Numbered from the stretch's first letter, positions 24,363-34,902 are shown. The stretch: DNA of 64,000 bases from Clostridia bacterium (GCA_017410375.1 JAFQQW010000058.1:9192-73191); one strand, 5' to 3'. Numbers and translations are program-made. Notes: generated by a model not told the origin, from the letters alone.

Positions 24363-25475
24363 TCATTTTTTAAAATATTGATACAAATCGCATTTAATCA
24401 TGCCGTTATACAGCTTTCGCTTTTTGTCGGCAGGCGTGCCGAAGCATTTTTCAAAATCCTCTAAGGGGGTTAAAACAAACATTTTCCAGTCATTCAGCCG
24501 CTCGTATACCGCGCCCATATTCCGGGCAATTTCCCGGCAGGTTTCCTTGTCCGAAAGACGCTCGCCATAGGGTGGATTGCAAACGATATAACCGCCTGCC
24601 TCTGCATGATTGAAGTTTTTTACGTCCCGTCTGGTTACGGTCACCAAATCCGAAACATGCGCTTTTGCGCAGTTGCCTGCGGTAAGCTCTACCGCAGAAT
24701 CCAAAATATCGCTCGCCACAATTTTAAGCTTGGACGGGCGCATCAAATCCTTTGCCTCTCCCCTTGCAGTTTTAAACATGTCTTCCCCGAAAAAGGGCAT
24801 ATGCTCCGCCCCGAATCGTCTGAAAAGACCCGGTGCAATGTTTTTGGCAATCAGTCCTGCCTCAATGGGAATTGTCCCCGACCCGCAAAACGGGTCTGCA
24901 AACACACCGTCATATTTAAAACGGCTTAAAATCACCATTGCCGCCGCCATAGTCTCTCTTAAGGGTGCCTCGTTGTGCAAAAGGCGATAGCCTCTTTTAT
25001 GTAAGCCCGGTCCCGAGGTGTCCAGCATCAGGTCTACCTCATCTTTAAAAATGCGGAACACAATCTGATGCACCGTGCCCGTTTCGGACAAATCCTCGGT
25101 GCGGTGTCCCTTTTTTAACCGTTCCACCACACTTTTTTTGATGATTTTCTGACAATCGGGCACAGAATGCAGTTGTGATTTTAACGAAGAGCCTTTTACG
25201 GGGAATTTTGCATCCTTCGGGATAAAATCTTCCCAGTTGATGGCATGACACTTGTCAAAAAGCTCGGTAAAGGACAGCGCCTTAAAGGTTTTTAATTTCA
25301 AAAGCACCCGCTCGCCCGTCCGAAGTCCGATGTTGACCCGTGCCGCCGCATTTTTGTCGCCCCGAAACACCACCCTGCCGTCTTCCACAGCGGTGGTTTC
25401 GTATCCTAAATTGCGAATCTCCTTCGCACAAATCGCCTCCATGCCAAACAGCACCGGCACAACATATTCAAACAT
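24363..25475 (-). CDS. THUMP-domain class I SAM-dependent RNA methyltransferase (RlmL/YpsC-like m2G methyltransferase family)
   Basis: NPPYG motif, FADPFCGSGT SAM-binding motif I, N-terminal THUMP-like region; AGGAGGGGG RBS before the ATG at 25475. Confidence 0.8.
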   Translation of the reverse strand: MFEYVVPVLFGMEAICAKEIRNLGYETTAVEDGRVVFRGDKNAAARVNIGLRTGERVLLKLKTFKALSFTELFDKCHAINWEDFIPKDAKFPVKGSSLKSQLHSVPDCQKIIKKSVVERLKKGHRTEDLSETGTVHQIVFRIFKDEVDLMLDTSGPGLHKRGYRLLHNEAPLRETMAAAMVILSRFKYDGVFADPFCGSGTIPIEAGLIAKNIAPGLFRRFGAEHMPFFGEDMFKTARGEAKDLMRPSKLKIVASDILDSAVELTAGNCAKAHVSDLVTVTRRDVKNFNHAEAGGYIVCNPPYGERLSDKETCREIARNMGAVYERLNDWKMFVLTPLEDFEKCFGTPADKKRKLYNGMIKCDLYQYFKK

Positions 25476-25492
25476 CTGTTCCCCCTCCTGTC

Positions 25493-26794
25493 TTACACTT
25501 CCTTTATCAGAATGCTGCTGCACACATCCATTTTAAAGGTAAGGTTATCGGTAATCTCTGCAAAGGTGCCGTCGTGTTCGGCATCAAGCAGATATATTTC
25601 ATACTTTCCTTCTTTTCCAAAGTCAATGTTAACCTCTTTTGATGGTGCATTTTCGTCGTGGTCATCATAATAGGTTACGATACACATCACTTTGCCCTGT
25701 TCATCTTTTCCGCACAAGGTATATATTTTTTCAGGCTGATTTTCGCATCTGATTTCGACAGTTAAATCATAAAACATACCATACCAGTAAAGAGGATAAT
25801 ACCCTTTCAACGGAAGTGTGGTGTAAAAATCAAAAGCACCGCAAAACACGCTTGGTCTTGTGTCATAATACATCAACATATCAATGCCGTCATTTTTTTG
25901 CGCCTCCGAAATACAAGCCATGGTAAAGGTTGCGCCTTTAATACCGTGCATAGTCTGAATGGAATAAATATATTCGTCGGTCCAACCCTTAACATAATTC
26001 CATTCATTTAAAATGCTTTCAGCATTGCCGTAACCGTAGTGATTCATCATTTCACGCACTTGCGTTGCCCTTGCCATCATTTTATTTGGTTCGGTGCAAT
26101 AACAATGCCACGAGAAGAAATCCAATTCAACCCCTCTTGCCTGCATTTCTTTTAAAAATCTTTCGCCCCATTCCACATCAAACGCAATGGCAGGTCCACC
26201 GATTTTAATGTTGGGAAAACATTTTTTCAAATGTTTCGCCGCCGTTTCAAACAGGTCGAAAAACTGTTCATCCGTGCCTGTCCAGCAACCGCCACCTTTT
26301 ACATCAGGCTCGTTCCAGATTTCCCAATACTCCATCCCAAGTTCAAAGCCGTTTGCCCATCCTTGGTTGTAATGGCGAATGATATGTTCACATATTTCCG
26401 CCCATTTCTGAAAATCTTTTGGCGGATTTGCACCGTGTTTTACCACGTGATGCTCAATGGTCTGCCCAAGACGGAAAAAGGTTTGCGTACCTGCATCCAA
26501 AGTTACAAGAACGGATTCATCGGTACACGGAAAATCATAAGATTCGGGTGTGTGCACATCTGCATCAAAAAAAGGAAATATTTTTGTGATATCGTGACTG
26601 TACGGTCCGCCGTATACACTCACAACCCCCGAATCGTGATTACGAGAATAAGGAATTCTTGCCGCTTTATACGCTTCAAAATTACTCTGATTCTGTCCGT
26701 CGGTATGTCGTTTGTGCCAGGGACCACCGTTTGTGGCATTCAAAATTTTAAACTTCTGCCCCGCTTTGTTTAAATCAAATTTCAACATTTCCAT
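25493..26794 (-). CDS. glycoside hydrolase, GH39-like (clan GH-A)
   Basis: WEIWNEPD catalytic acid/base motif typical of GH39/GH5. Confidence 0.55.
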   Translation of the reverse strand: MEMLKFDLNKAGQKFKILNATNGGPWHKRHTDGQNQSNFEAYKAARIPYSRNHDSGVVSVYGGPYSHDITKIFPFFDADVHTPESYDFPCTDESVLVTLDAGTQTFFRLGQTIEHHVVKHGANPPKDFQKWAEICEHIIRHYNQGWANGFELGMEYWEIWNEPDVKGGGCWTGTDEQFFDLFETAAKHLKKCFPNIKIGGPAIAFDVEWGERFLKEMQARGVELDFFSWHCYCTEPNKMMARATQVREMMNHYGYGNAESILNEWNYVKGWTDEYIYSIQTMHGIKGATFTMACISEAQKNDGIDMLMYYDTRPSVFCGAFDFYTTLPLKGYYPLYWYGMFYDLTVEIRCENQPEKIYTLCGKDEQGKVMCIVTYYDDHDENAPSKEVNIDFGKEGKYEIYLLDAEHDGTFAEITDNLTFKMDVCSSILIKEV

Positions 26795-26850
26795 TGCTTT
26801 TCACCCTTTTCATGGATAAAAAACTGCACCAAGGTGCAGTTTTTATCCAA

Positions 26851-28359
26851 TTATAAAGTTGCCATAAACTTATCAAAGTCAGCCTTACCCTTTTCGTCGC
26901 GCTTATACACACCTGCGTGCTCTAAAACAGTTACGAATACCTTGCCCACCTCTTCTTTTAAGATGGCATCCACATTGTCGGCATTCAATTCGGGATGCTT
27001 TTTCAGCACCACGTCCTTTGCCCAGTCTGCATGGGAAGCGGTTTTTTCATCTTTGGTTAAATCCTTGCCGTTGATCAGGGCATCTGCCACTGCGTCTAAT
27101 TCTTCCACCAGACGGGACGGAAGCACCGCAAGACCCATAACCTCAATCAAGCCGATATTTTCCTTTTTGATGTGGTGCAGTTCATCGTGGGGATGATAGA
27201 CACCCAAAGGATACTGCTCGGTTGTGATGTTGTTGCGAAGCACCAAATCCATGGTATACTTGCCGTCACGCATAGAAGCGATAGGTGTAATGGTGTTGTG
27301 GGGTGTGCCGTCGGTTTCTGCAAAGATAAAGGCATCCTCGTCTGTGTACCCTCTCCAGGCACAAAGAATTTTGTCGGACAATTCAATGATTTTTTCCTTG
27401 TCTGTACCCACCAGACGGATAACCGACATGGGCCAGTCCAGACGGCTTACTTCGATGTCCTCAAAGCCTTTTACGGTATAGAACTTTTCGCTCTTGGCTC
27501 TGTGCATGGCAAACACATGGTTACCGCCCTGGAAATGCTCGTGGGTAAGAATGGAGCCACCCACAATGGGCAAATCCGCATTAGAGCCGATGATGTAGTG
27601 ATTAAAGCGGGTCACAAAATCCAAAAGCTTTCCGAACACGCTTTTGTCAATCACCATGGGGATGTGCTTGGAATTAAACACAATGCAATGCTCGTTATAG
27701 TATACATAGGGCGAATACTGGAAGCACCAGTCCTGCCCCTGAATCTCAATGGGAATAATTCTGTGGTTCTGTCTTGCAGGATGATTCACTCTTCCGCCGT
27801 AGCCCTCGTTTTCCACACAAAGCTGGCACTTGGGATAAGAAGCCTGTGCCATATTCTTTGCCGCAGCGATGGCTTTGGGGTCTTTTTCAGGCTTGGAGCG
27901 GTTGATGGTAATTTCAATCTCACCGTAGGAAGAATCCACCGTCCATTTTACGTCCTTTTTGATTCTGCCGCGACGGATGTAGTTGTTGTCGCAGGACAGT
28001 TTATAAAAATAGTCGGTCGCATCCTTAGAGGATTTCTCGTAAAGGCTGTTAAAGGTATGGATAACCGTAGACGGATACGGAGTTAAAGTATCCATAATTT
28101 CGGTATCAAAAATATCTCTGTATACCACGCTGTTGTTTTCAAGCAAGCCCGATTCTGCCGCATAATCCAAAATGCCGTCTAAAATTTCGTCCAGCTCCGA
28201 AACATCGGTGCAAACCGCACCCGTTTCTTCGTATTCGTCTAATTTCAGCTTGGTCAAAAGACGGTTTCTTACATACATTTTATCGTACTCGCCAATCAAA
28301 CCCGTCAGCAAACCGTACGAAATCAGTCTGTCAATATTCTGATAAATCATTTCTTTCAC
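26851..28359 (-). CDS. galT: UDP-glucose--hexose-1-phosphate uridylyltransferase (Gram-positive type II GalT)
   Basis: About 500-aa type-II GalT architecture; conserved N-terminal IxxLIxYGL and internal His-rich motifs. Confidence 0.8.
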   Translation of the reverse strand: MKEMIYQNIDRLISYGLLTGLIGEYDKMYVRNRLLTKLKLDEYEETGAVCTDVSELDEILDGILDYAAESGLLENNSVVYRDIFDTEIMDTLTPYPSTVIHTFNSLYEKSSKDATDYFYKLSCDNNYIRRGRIKKDVKWTVDSSYGEIEITINRSKPEKDPKAIAAAKNMAQASYPKCQLCVENEGYGGRVNHPARQNHRIIPIEIQGQDWCFQYSPYVYYNEHCIVFNSKHIPMVIDKSVFGKLLDFVTRFNHYIIGSNADLPIVGGSILTHEHFQGGNHVFAMHRAKSEKFYTVKGFEDIEVSRLDWPMSVIRLVGTDKEKIIELSDKILCAWRGYTDEDAFIFAETDGTPHNTITPIASMRDGKYTMDLVLRNNITTEQYPLGVYHPHDELHHIKKENIGLIEVMGLAVLPSRLVEELDAVADALINGKDLTKDEKTASHADWAKDVVLKKHPELNADNVDAILKEEVGKVFVTVLEHAGVYKRDEKGKADFDKFMATL

Positions 28360-28427
28360 CCTTCATACATTCATAATAGAATTAGTATATCACATTTTTC
28401 TCCGTATTGCAAGCAAAAAAGCAAGTC

Positions 28428-28787
28428 TCACGACTTGCTTTTTTCTAAGTTGTTTAAAATTTCTTCGCAAACGCCTTCAAAATTTTGGTTTAATTCCAAA
28501 TTGGAATATCTGAAAACCTGAATCCCCAGCCCGCTTAAATACGCATCTCTTTCCGCATCCCGCTTTTCGCCCGCCTGCTCAAAATGCTGAGAGCCGTCAA
28601 GCTCTATCACAAGCTTTGCAGAAGCGATGTAAAAATCAACAATATATGAACCGATAACCTTTTGGCGGTTTACGGTAACGGGCAAATTTTTCAGAAAATC
28701 ATACCAAAGATGCTTTTCTTCTTTGGTCATGTTCTTACGCAAGGCTTTCGCGTTGCCGGTCAGATTTTTATTATTTGTTTTGTTCAT
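28428..28787 (-). CDS. DUF559 endonuclease-domain protein (Vsr-like fold)
   Basis: Standalone 119-aa ORF; the ORF-track TTG start at 28832 lies inside a repeat hairpin, ATG at 28787 preferred. Confidence 0.6.
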   Translation of the reverse strand: MNKTNNKNLTGNAKALRKNMTKEEKHLWYDFLKNLPVTVNRQKVIGSYIVDFYIASAKLVIELDGSQHFEQAGEKRDAERDAYLSGLGIQVFRYSNLELNQNFEGVCEEILNNLEKSKS

Positions 28788-28814
28788 TTCCACCTCATCC
28801 GAGTTGCGTTCCGC

Positions 28815-28910
28815 AACCCACCTTCCCCTCAAGGGGAAGGCTTTTAAGTTCCATCTACCTCAAAAGGCTTCCCCTTTGAGGGGAAGCTGTCAACGAAGTT
28901 GACTGATGAG
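28815..28910. repeat. repeat family B: one CCTTCCCCTCAAGGGGAAGG hairpin plus an inverted full copy (CTTCCCCTTTGAGGGGAAG-GTCAACGAAGTTGAC-TGATGAGGTG)
   Basis: Reverse-complement arrangement of the 5352 and 5697 elements, between the GH78 stop and the DUF559 start. Confidence 0.6.
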
Positions 28911-28935
28911 GTGTAGCTTGCAAAGCAAGCGTCCC

Positions 28936-31062
28936 TCAAAATCTATATTTCCCTGCCTTTTTCCATTCGGTTTTGCCATCTATTGTCACATAGCAGTCAA
29001 TGGGAATCTCGATTTCGTAATGTACCCTTTCTCCCTCATACTGCCATGCCGATTTTATCAAGCCATACATCGAATGGAATTCTGCATTTAAATCGCCTAA
29101 CTGCTTATCAGGCTTGGGTGCAATTTCGATGCCCTTTTCCGAAACGCGAATGCCTGCAGAGACCGCATACACCCACTCTAAAACCGAGCCGTAGGCATAA
29201 TGATTAAAGGAATTCATATCCTTGCTCCAGAATGTGCCGTCCTCTTTTTTGCTGTCCCAATGCTCCCAGATGGTGGTTGCCCCCTGGTTTACCGAAAACA
29301 GCCAGGACGGGAATTTTTCCTGCAGCAACAGCGTGTACGCAAGCTCTGTATAGCCGTTTTCGCTTAACGCAAACAGTAGATAGGGCGTACCCACAAACCC
29401 TGTGGTTAAGCGGTTGCCGTTTTGCTTTATCATTTCCGCCAATTGGTCTGCAATCTGCTTTTTATGGTCGGTCAAATCAAAATGCAGTGCCAACACACAT
29501 TCGGTCTGGGTTTTAAAGACAGGAAACCGTTTGATAAACGCCTTTCGTACATTCTCTGCTTTTTGGGCATAAAAATCATATTTGCCGTTTTGCAAAACCT
29601 TTGCGGATTTTGCCACTAAATCGGCACAGTATTTTAAGTAAGCCGAAGCAATCAAGTCCTCATCCGTTGCGCCTTTGTAAGAGCCTTCTTCATTATCCAG
29701 ACCCAGCCAGTCCCCGTGACCGCTGTGTCCGACCCATAAATTCTGCTCCCTCGAAGTGGATTCCATGTACGAAATCCATTTCTCCATCATGGGAAAATGC
29801 TTTTGCAAAAGGTCTTTGTCGCCGTACATCTCATACAAAACCCAGGGACAAATGACCGCCGCATCGCCCCAGGCAGGGGACAGAAAATCGGCATTGATTT
29901 TGTTCTGCACCACAAAATTCGGCACGGTATCGGGAACGGCACCGTCATTTCGTTGCTCAGCCTGCATATCGTTTAACCATTTGGTAAAGAATTTCTTTAC
30001 ATCATACTGATACGACGCGGTCTTGATAAATACCTGCGCATCTCCCGTCCAGCCCAATCGCTCGTTGCGTTGCGGACAGTCGGTGGGAATGTCCAAAAAG
30101 TTCCCTTTTTGTCCCCACAAAATATTTGAGAACAGTTGATTTACCTTTTCGTGGCTTGTTGCTATATACCCCGTGCGTTTTAATTCGGAATGCACCACAA
30201 TGGCAGTAAATTTCGTTTGCTCGGGCGCGCTGTCCACACGGACATACCGAAAGCCATAAAACACCGTTTTAGGCTTATAGCTTTGCTTTCCGTCTTTACA
30301 AATATATTTATAAATACATTTTGCATCGCGGTAATTTTCGGTATAGAAATTGCCGTCTTTATCCAAAACCTCCGCAAAGGAAAGAGAAATTTCTTCGCCA
30401 TTTTTTGCATTGGTTTCAAGCCCGATATAGCCCGTAATTTCCTGCCCGAAATCCAAAACCCTTTCGCCTTTCGGGGTCACAAAGGTTGCAATCGGCTTAA
30501 AACGTTCCTGCTCCTTGATTTCTTCCCCCTCTTGCGGAATTAAAATCGCCTTGTTGTAGCAGGCATGCTGTACTGCTTCCGGCTCACTTTCAAAGTTGGC
30601 GTCAAAAATTTCACCGTCATATATATCAGAAAAAAGCACCTTGCTCTTTTTGACCTGCCAGCTTAAATCGGTGCCGATGCGCTCGGTTTCCGTTTCATAC
30701 TCTAAAATAAGCTCTGCAATAAGAGACGGCTGACTTTGAATCTGACTTTGATAGCTTCTGGTAATGCCGCCTCTGAACCAGCCGTTGCCCACAAGTACCG
30801 AAAGGGTGTTTTCTCCCGCTTTTAAAAGATGGGTTACATCATAGGTCTGGTACTGCAAGCGTGTAATAAAATCGGTACAGCCCGGTGCCAGTACATACTC
30901 CGACACACGCGCATCATTTATTTTTGCTTCATATACCCCAAGACATGTCAAGGTAAGGCTTGCAGATTGCAAACCTTTTTTGACCGTTATGCTTTTTAAA
31001 TACTCAGGACAAATCCCCTCAAAATTGCTTTGGGGAACAATCCATAAACTGTCCTTTAACAT
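28936..31062 (-). CDS. alpha-L-rhamnosidase (GH78)
   Basis: GH78 N-terminal bacterial rhamnosidase region (GNGWFRG..) and length; AAGAGGTG RBS before the ATG at 31062. Confidence 0.7.
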   Translation of the reverse strand: MLKDSLWIVPQSNFEGICPEYLKSITVKKGLQSASLTLTCLGVYEAKINDARVSEYVLAPGCTDFITRLQYQTYDVTHLLKAGENTLSVLVGNGWFRGGITRSYQSQIQSQPSLIAELILEYETETERIGTDLSWQVKKSKVLFSDIYDGEIFDANFESEPEAVQHACYNKAILIPQEGEEIKEQERFKPIATFVTPKGERVLDFGQEITGYIGLETNAKNGEEISLSFAEVLDKDGNFYTENYRDAKCIYKYICKDGKQSYKPKTVFYGFRYVRVDSAPEQTKFTAIVVHSELKRTGYIATSHEKVNQLFSNILWGQKGNFLDIPTDCPQRNERLGWTGDAQVFIKTASYQYDVKKFFTKWLNDMQAEQRNDGAVPDTVPNFVVQNKINADFLSPAWGDAAVICPWVLYEMYGDKDLLQKHFPMMEKWISYMESTSREQNLWVGHSGHGDWLGLDNEEGSYKGATDEDLIASAYLKYCADLVAKSAKVLQNGKYDFYAQKAENVRKAFIKRFPVFKTQTECVLALHFDLTDHKKQIADQLAEMIKQNGNRLTTGFVGTPYLLFALSENGYTELAYTLLLQEKFPSWLFSVNQGATTIWEHWDSKKEDGTFWSKDMNSFNHYAYGSVLEWVYAVSAGIRVSEKGIEIAPKPDKQLGDLNAEFHSMYGLIKSAWQYEGERVHYEIEIPIDCYVTIDGKTEWKKAGKYRF

Positions 31063-31072
31063 AAGACACCTC

Positions 31073-31954
31073 TTATTTTGCAATCAAAGTATCGTTTTTC
31101 TCTTCCACATCTGCAAAATGCGGACGTTCTGCACCTTTGGGATTGTTGGGCTGATGGTATGCAAATTTCATGTCGCCTGCTTTGTCATAAAACAGCATAC
31201 CGTGTCCGCCGTCTTTGGAGAAAAGCAACTTTTCTTCGTGTGCCCAGTTGCCAAGTACAGAGCCGTTATCCGAATAAGAAATGGCTTCGCAGTAGCCCTC
31301 TTTGGTAAAACTCGACCAAATCATAAGCAAACGACCGCTTTTTGTTCTGTACATAAACGGACCGTCTGTAACAAAGTTGCCTTTACTGTCACAATTCTGC
31401 CCCGGCGCATACCCCACTTCACACACCCCGGGAAGGGAGGATGCCGTAAACAACACCTTGGGCTCGCCTACCGCTTTTGTCAAATCCTTTGACAATTCAA
31501 TGACGCACATTTCTCCGTCGTGCACCTGCACCCACTCGTGGCAGAACACCATATAAGGCGTGCCGTTTTCAATGTGGAGCGTACCGTCTAAGCACATCCA
31601 GTCAGCAGGTGTTACGGGACCTTCGCTATGTAATTTAAAGGGACCCAAAGGACTTTCTGCCTTTAAAATCTGCGTACCGCGCATTTTGTCTTTGGCATAA
31701 AAGGTAGCCAACATATAATATGCACCCTCATATTTATGCACCTCGGGCGCCCAGAAATTTCTGTCCGACCAAAAATCCGCAGGGGGTGTAAACACCTCAA
31801 TGGGGTCGGAAAAGGTCTCTAAATCGTCGCTTACATACACATCAAGCCCTGTGCATAAGCCCCAGGTTTCGCTGCCCCGGCTTCCGTACATATAATATTT
31901 TCCGTCCTCATAAAGCACAAAGGGATCTCTGATGTTAATATCTGTATTTTTCAT
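31073..31954 (-). CDS. GH43-family glycoside hydrolase (five-bladed beta-propeller; arabinanase/xylosidase-like)
   Basis: N-terminal IRDPFVL catalytic-Asp motif; recurring WAPE / W..E blade motifs. Confidence 0.8.
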   Translation of the reverse strand: MKNTDINIRDPFVLYEDGKYYMYGSRGSETWGLCTGLDVYVSDDLETFSDPIEVFTPPADFWSDRNFWAPEVHKYEGAYYMLATFYAKDKMRGTQILKAESPLGPFKLHSEGPVTPADWMCLDGTLHIENGTPYMVFCHEWVQVHDGEMCVIELSKDLTKAVGEPKVLFTASSLPGVCEVGYAPGQNCDSKGNFVTDGPFMYRTKSGRLLMIWSSFTKEGYCEAISYSDNGSVLGNWAHEEKLLFSKDGGHGMLFYDKAGDMKFAYHQPNNPKGAERPHFADVEEKNDTLIAK

Positions 31955-31969
31955 GTTATTTTCTCCTTT

Positions 31970-32746
31970 TTATAAACAAATGTCCGCAAAAACGGGAGAA
32001 TGGTCTGTGGCATCCAATATGGCTTTATCGCAAACCACCCGATACTGCTCTGTTTTAAATGTGCCCATGCCGATAATATAATCCAGCGACATACTGTACG
32101 GATTTTGGGTGGTCTTGCCATGGTAAAAGCCCTTTTCATCCGCCACCGGGTCCCCGTGCATGGTGGACACATCATCTTTATTTTCGGTCAGGTCAAAAAG
32201 CACCTCTGCCTTTTCGCCCTGAAACACCTTAAATACCGGATGGTCTCTTTTACTGTTCAAATCGCCAAACCCGAACACGGGACAATCAAAACGCTCTTTC
32301 ACAAAACGCATCAATCCAACAAGCTGTTTGGCATTTCGCACACGGATTTCATCATCCTTTGGACAATCATATTTCCACCAGAAATGGGTGTTGAAAACAC
32401 CAAGCCGTTTTCCGTCTTTTTCAATAACCGCCCAGGTAACGGCTTTGGATTGGTCGGGCGTTTCGGTTAAATATTCATATCCCTTTGCCAAAATATCCCA
32501 TGTCTTTGAAATTGCCATAGGCACATAATTGTTGTTATAAAAAAGCTCTGTACCCAAAATACGGTAGTTTTCCGAAAGGCGTTTGAACAGCTTTGCATTG
32601 TACCATCCTTGGGTAATTTCCTGCAAGCCGATTACATCGGGTGCATATTTCCGGAAGGTTTCAAAAATGCCGTCCTCACGCACCTCTACCGGGTTCCCGA
32701 AATAGTCGCCCCAGATATTGCTTGTCATAATTCTCATAACAGACAC
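31970..32746 (-). CDS. endonuclease/exonuclease/phosphatase (EEP) family hydrolase
   Basis: N-terminal TSNIW...GLQE and C-terminal SDHSPV motifs of the EEP fold. Confidence 0.7.
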   Translation of the reverse strand: MSVMRIMTSNIWGDYFGNPVEVREDGIFETFRKYAPDVIGLQEITQGWYNAKLFKRLSENYRILGTELFYNNNYVPMAISKTWDILAKGYEYLTETPDQSKAVTWAVIEKDGKRLGVFNTHFWWKYDCPKDDEIRVRNAKQLVGLMRFVKERFDCPVFGFGDLNSKRDHPVFKVFQGEKAEVLFDLTENKDDVSTMHGDPVADEKGFYHGKTTQNPYSMSLDYIIGMGTFKTEQYRVVCDKAILDATDHSPVFADICL

Positions 32747-32749
32747 CTC

Positions 32750-33562
32750 TTAAAATTCCACCACGCAACCGTCGTAAGACACTTCCAGTCCCATGGGATT
32801 TACCTGTGCCTCCAGCTCATGGTGAATGGGCGCGCCGTTGTGAGAAAAATGGTTGATGTAAAGCTTTGTATCGGGCTTGATTGCATCGCCTAACCGTTCG
32901 CGCACACGCTGAATGTTTGCAATACCCATGTGTCCGCCCTCATCCGATGCAGGTATATTCACATTGGTGCAGTCAAAGGAAATCATGTCAAACCGAATGT
33001 TATTCTCGGCAATATACGCAAATACCTCATCGTAGAGGTAGCCCGTGTCATGGGCATAGAAAAGGGTTTTGTCACCCTGACGGATGATATAAATCAGCGC
33101 ACCGCTTCCCTCCGCATGACGGGCAGGCAGGGCGGTAATCTGATAGTCCCCTGCTTCAACCGTCTCAAAAGGCTCTATTTTAATAACCTCTGTCTGCTTG
33201 GATGCACCATTTTCTTCAAAGTAGCGGTACACATCCCCTCCGCAAATCACTTTCAGATTGTTCTCGCGCATGTTGTGTGCAAAGGGCGGATGCTTGTAGT
33301 GCAGCTCGTTGGGATAAAAATGGTCGCTGTGGCTGTGTGTCACCAACAAAAACTTGATTTTATCTCCTTCAATATCATTTTCCAGAAAATGATGAAACGT
33401 ATCTGCAGGCAAGTCAATCAGCAAATCGTCGTTTATAATAGACTGAGAACGGGTACGGATGTTTTTACCCTTTAACCGTCTGGATACAAGACATTTTTCG
33501 CATCTGCAAAAAACACCCGGAAAGCCCTCTGCCGCCGCAGTTCCTAAAAATGTAAGTTTCAT
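32750..33562 (-). CDS. MBL-fold metallo-hydrolase (PhnP-like phosphodiesterase fold)
   Basis: THSHSDH metal-binding motif; N-terminal LGT...G beta-lactamase fold. Confidence 0.75.
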   Translation of the reverse strand: MKLTFLGTAAAEGFPGVFCRCEKCLVSRRLKGKNIRTRSQSIINDDLLIDLPADTFHHFLENDIEGDKIKFLLVTHSHSDHFYPNELHYKHPPFAHNMRENNLKVICGGDVYRYFEENGASKQTEVIKIEPFETVEAGDYQITALPARHAEGSGALIYIIRQGDKTLFYAHDTGYLYDEVFAYIAENNIRFDMISFDCTNVNIPASDEGGHMGIANIQRVRERLGDAIKPDTKLYINHFSHNGAPIHHELEAQVNPMGLEVSYDGCVVEF

Positions 33563-33734
33563 ATTTTATTCCTCCCCTAAAAATTGGTCTGTCCACTACC
33601 CATTTTGCAAAGTTCCCCATAGAATTTGCGAACGTATTCCGGACAGATTGAAATTAAGTTAGTTCTATTCTATCACAAACAAATTTCGATTTCAATAACC
33701 TCTGCACAAAAATCCCCATTTTCTGCACAAAAAC

Positions 33735-33762
33735 AAGCGTCCCCATTACGAGGACGCTTACT
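33735..33762 (-). terminator. hairpin AAGCGTCCTCGTAATGGGGACGCTT plus T-run after the sugar ABC operon
   Basis: 8-bp GC stem followed by GTTTTTGTG on the minus strand. Confidence 0.55.
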
Positions 33763-33794
33763 CAAAATCTAAAACGCTGCGCACTTATTCATTT

Positions 33795-34832
33795 TTATCC
33801 CTGATACACCAGATTCTTTTCAATCATTTCGTCAACGTTTGTTGCATCCCACCATGCACCGGAGATATCAACCTTCTTCTGAACCTCCTTGCCTTCCAGA
33901 GCAAATACCGCCTGTTCAACTGCCTGATAACCAATCTGGAACGAATCCTGTGCAACAGAACCTATAAGCTTAGGACCTGTTGTTTTCTTCATCCATTCAA
34001 TCTGTTTTGTACCGGCATCATATCCTGCAAACTTGATTGCATCATACTTTGCACCGGCAGCACCGATAGCATCATAAACCTGTTTAACAACGCCTTCGTT
34101 TGACATAAAGATGGCATCTGCACCCTTTTCGGCAAGTGCTTCGAGAGCTGCTTTATAAGCATTATCTGCATCACCGGGCTTAACTTCCTTTTCAATTGTG
34201 TATTTACCCTTTGTTGCTTCGTCAGCATCTGCAAGCTCTTTGAACTTATCAATAAAGCCTGCCGCTCTGTCAATACCGGTCTGCGTTTCATCGTGCTGAA
34301 TCACACCGATGATATAGCCGTCAGAAGCTGCAATATCGTCCTTGAGCACTGCATAGAAATTTTCAGCAACTGTGCCTGCTGCAAGATAGTTACTTGTTGA
34401 AACATGTGCAACCAACGGGTTTTTGCCTGCTGCATCCAATGCTGCAATATCGTTTGCCCAGATACCGCTGTCGAACTGAACTACGGGAATATCATTATCC
34501 TTAGCCTGTGTCAGGAGATCAACAAAGCCTTCACCAATAGTCGCTAATACGATAGCCGATGCATTGTTGGAAAGCGCTGTCTGAACCATTTCCATCTGCG
34601 AGGGAAGGTCTTTTGCCGATTCACTCGCAGGCCCTCTGAATGTGATTTCGTAACCATATTTAGCACCCGCTGCTTCCGCACCTGCTTTTACAGACTGCCA
34701 GAATGCGTGTGATTCGCCTTTTGCAACTACAGCAATGGTCTTACCTCCTGTTGCTTCGCCGGTACCACCGCAACCTGTAAGAGTAGCCACAAGAATTGTT
34801 GCCAGCAAAATAAGTGATAATACTTTTTTCAT
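33795..34832 (-). CDS. sugar ABC transporter substrate-binding lipoprotein (RbsB-like periplasmic binding protein fold)
   Basis: Lipobox LTGCGG; type I PBP fold of about 345 aa; operon with the RbsC- and RbsA-like genes. Confidence 0.8.
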   Translation of the reverse strand: MKKVLSLILLATILVATLTGCGGTGEATGGKTIAVVAKGESHAFWQSVKAGAEAAGAKYGYEITFRGPASESAKDLPSQMEMVQTALSNNASAIVLATIGEGFVDLLTQAKDNDIPVVQFDSGIWANDIAALDAAGKNPLVAHVSTSNYLAAGTVAENFYAVLKDDIAASDGYIIGVIQHDETQTGIDRAAGFIDKFKELADADEATKGKYTIEKEVKPGDADNAYKAALEALAEKGADAIFMSNEGVVKQVYDAIGAAGAKYDAIKFAGYDAGTKQIEWMKKTTGPKLIGSVAQDSFQIGYQAVEQAVFALEGKEVQKKVDISGAWWDATNVDEMIEKNLVYQG

Positions 34833-34902
34833 AAAACATCCTCCTTTTTTTTATTTTTTGCTTTTCTTTTGTTTTGCGCGCGCTTTATTTTTTTGCTTAA
34901 TA

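Noticed and set aside
28428-28832. DUF559 endonuclease as part of a restriction-modification or defence system
   Set aside because: No adjacent methyltransferase, ATPase or other defence partner is present. The flanks are galT and the rhamnosidase operon. It was called as an isolated Vsr-like fold protein.
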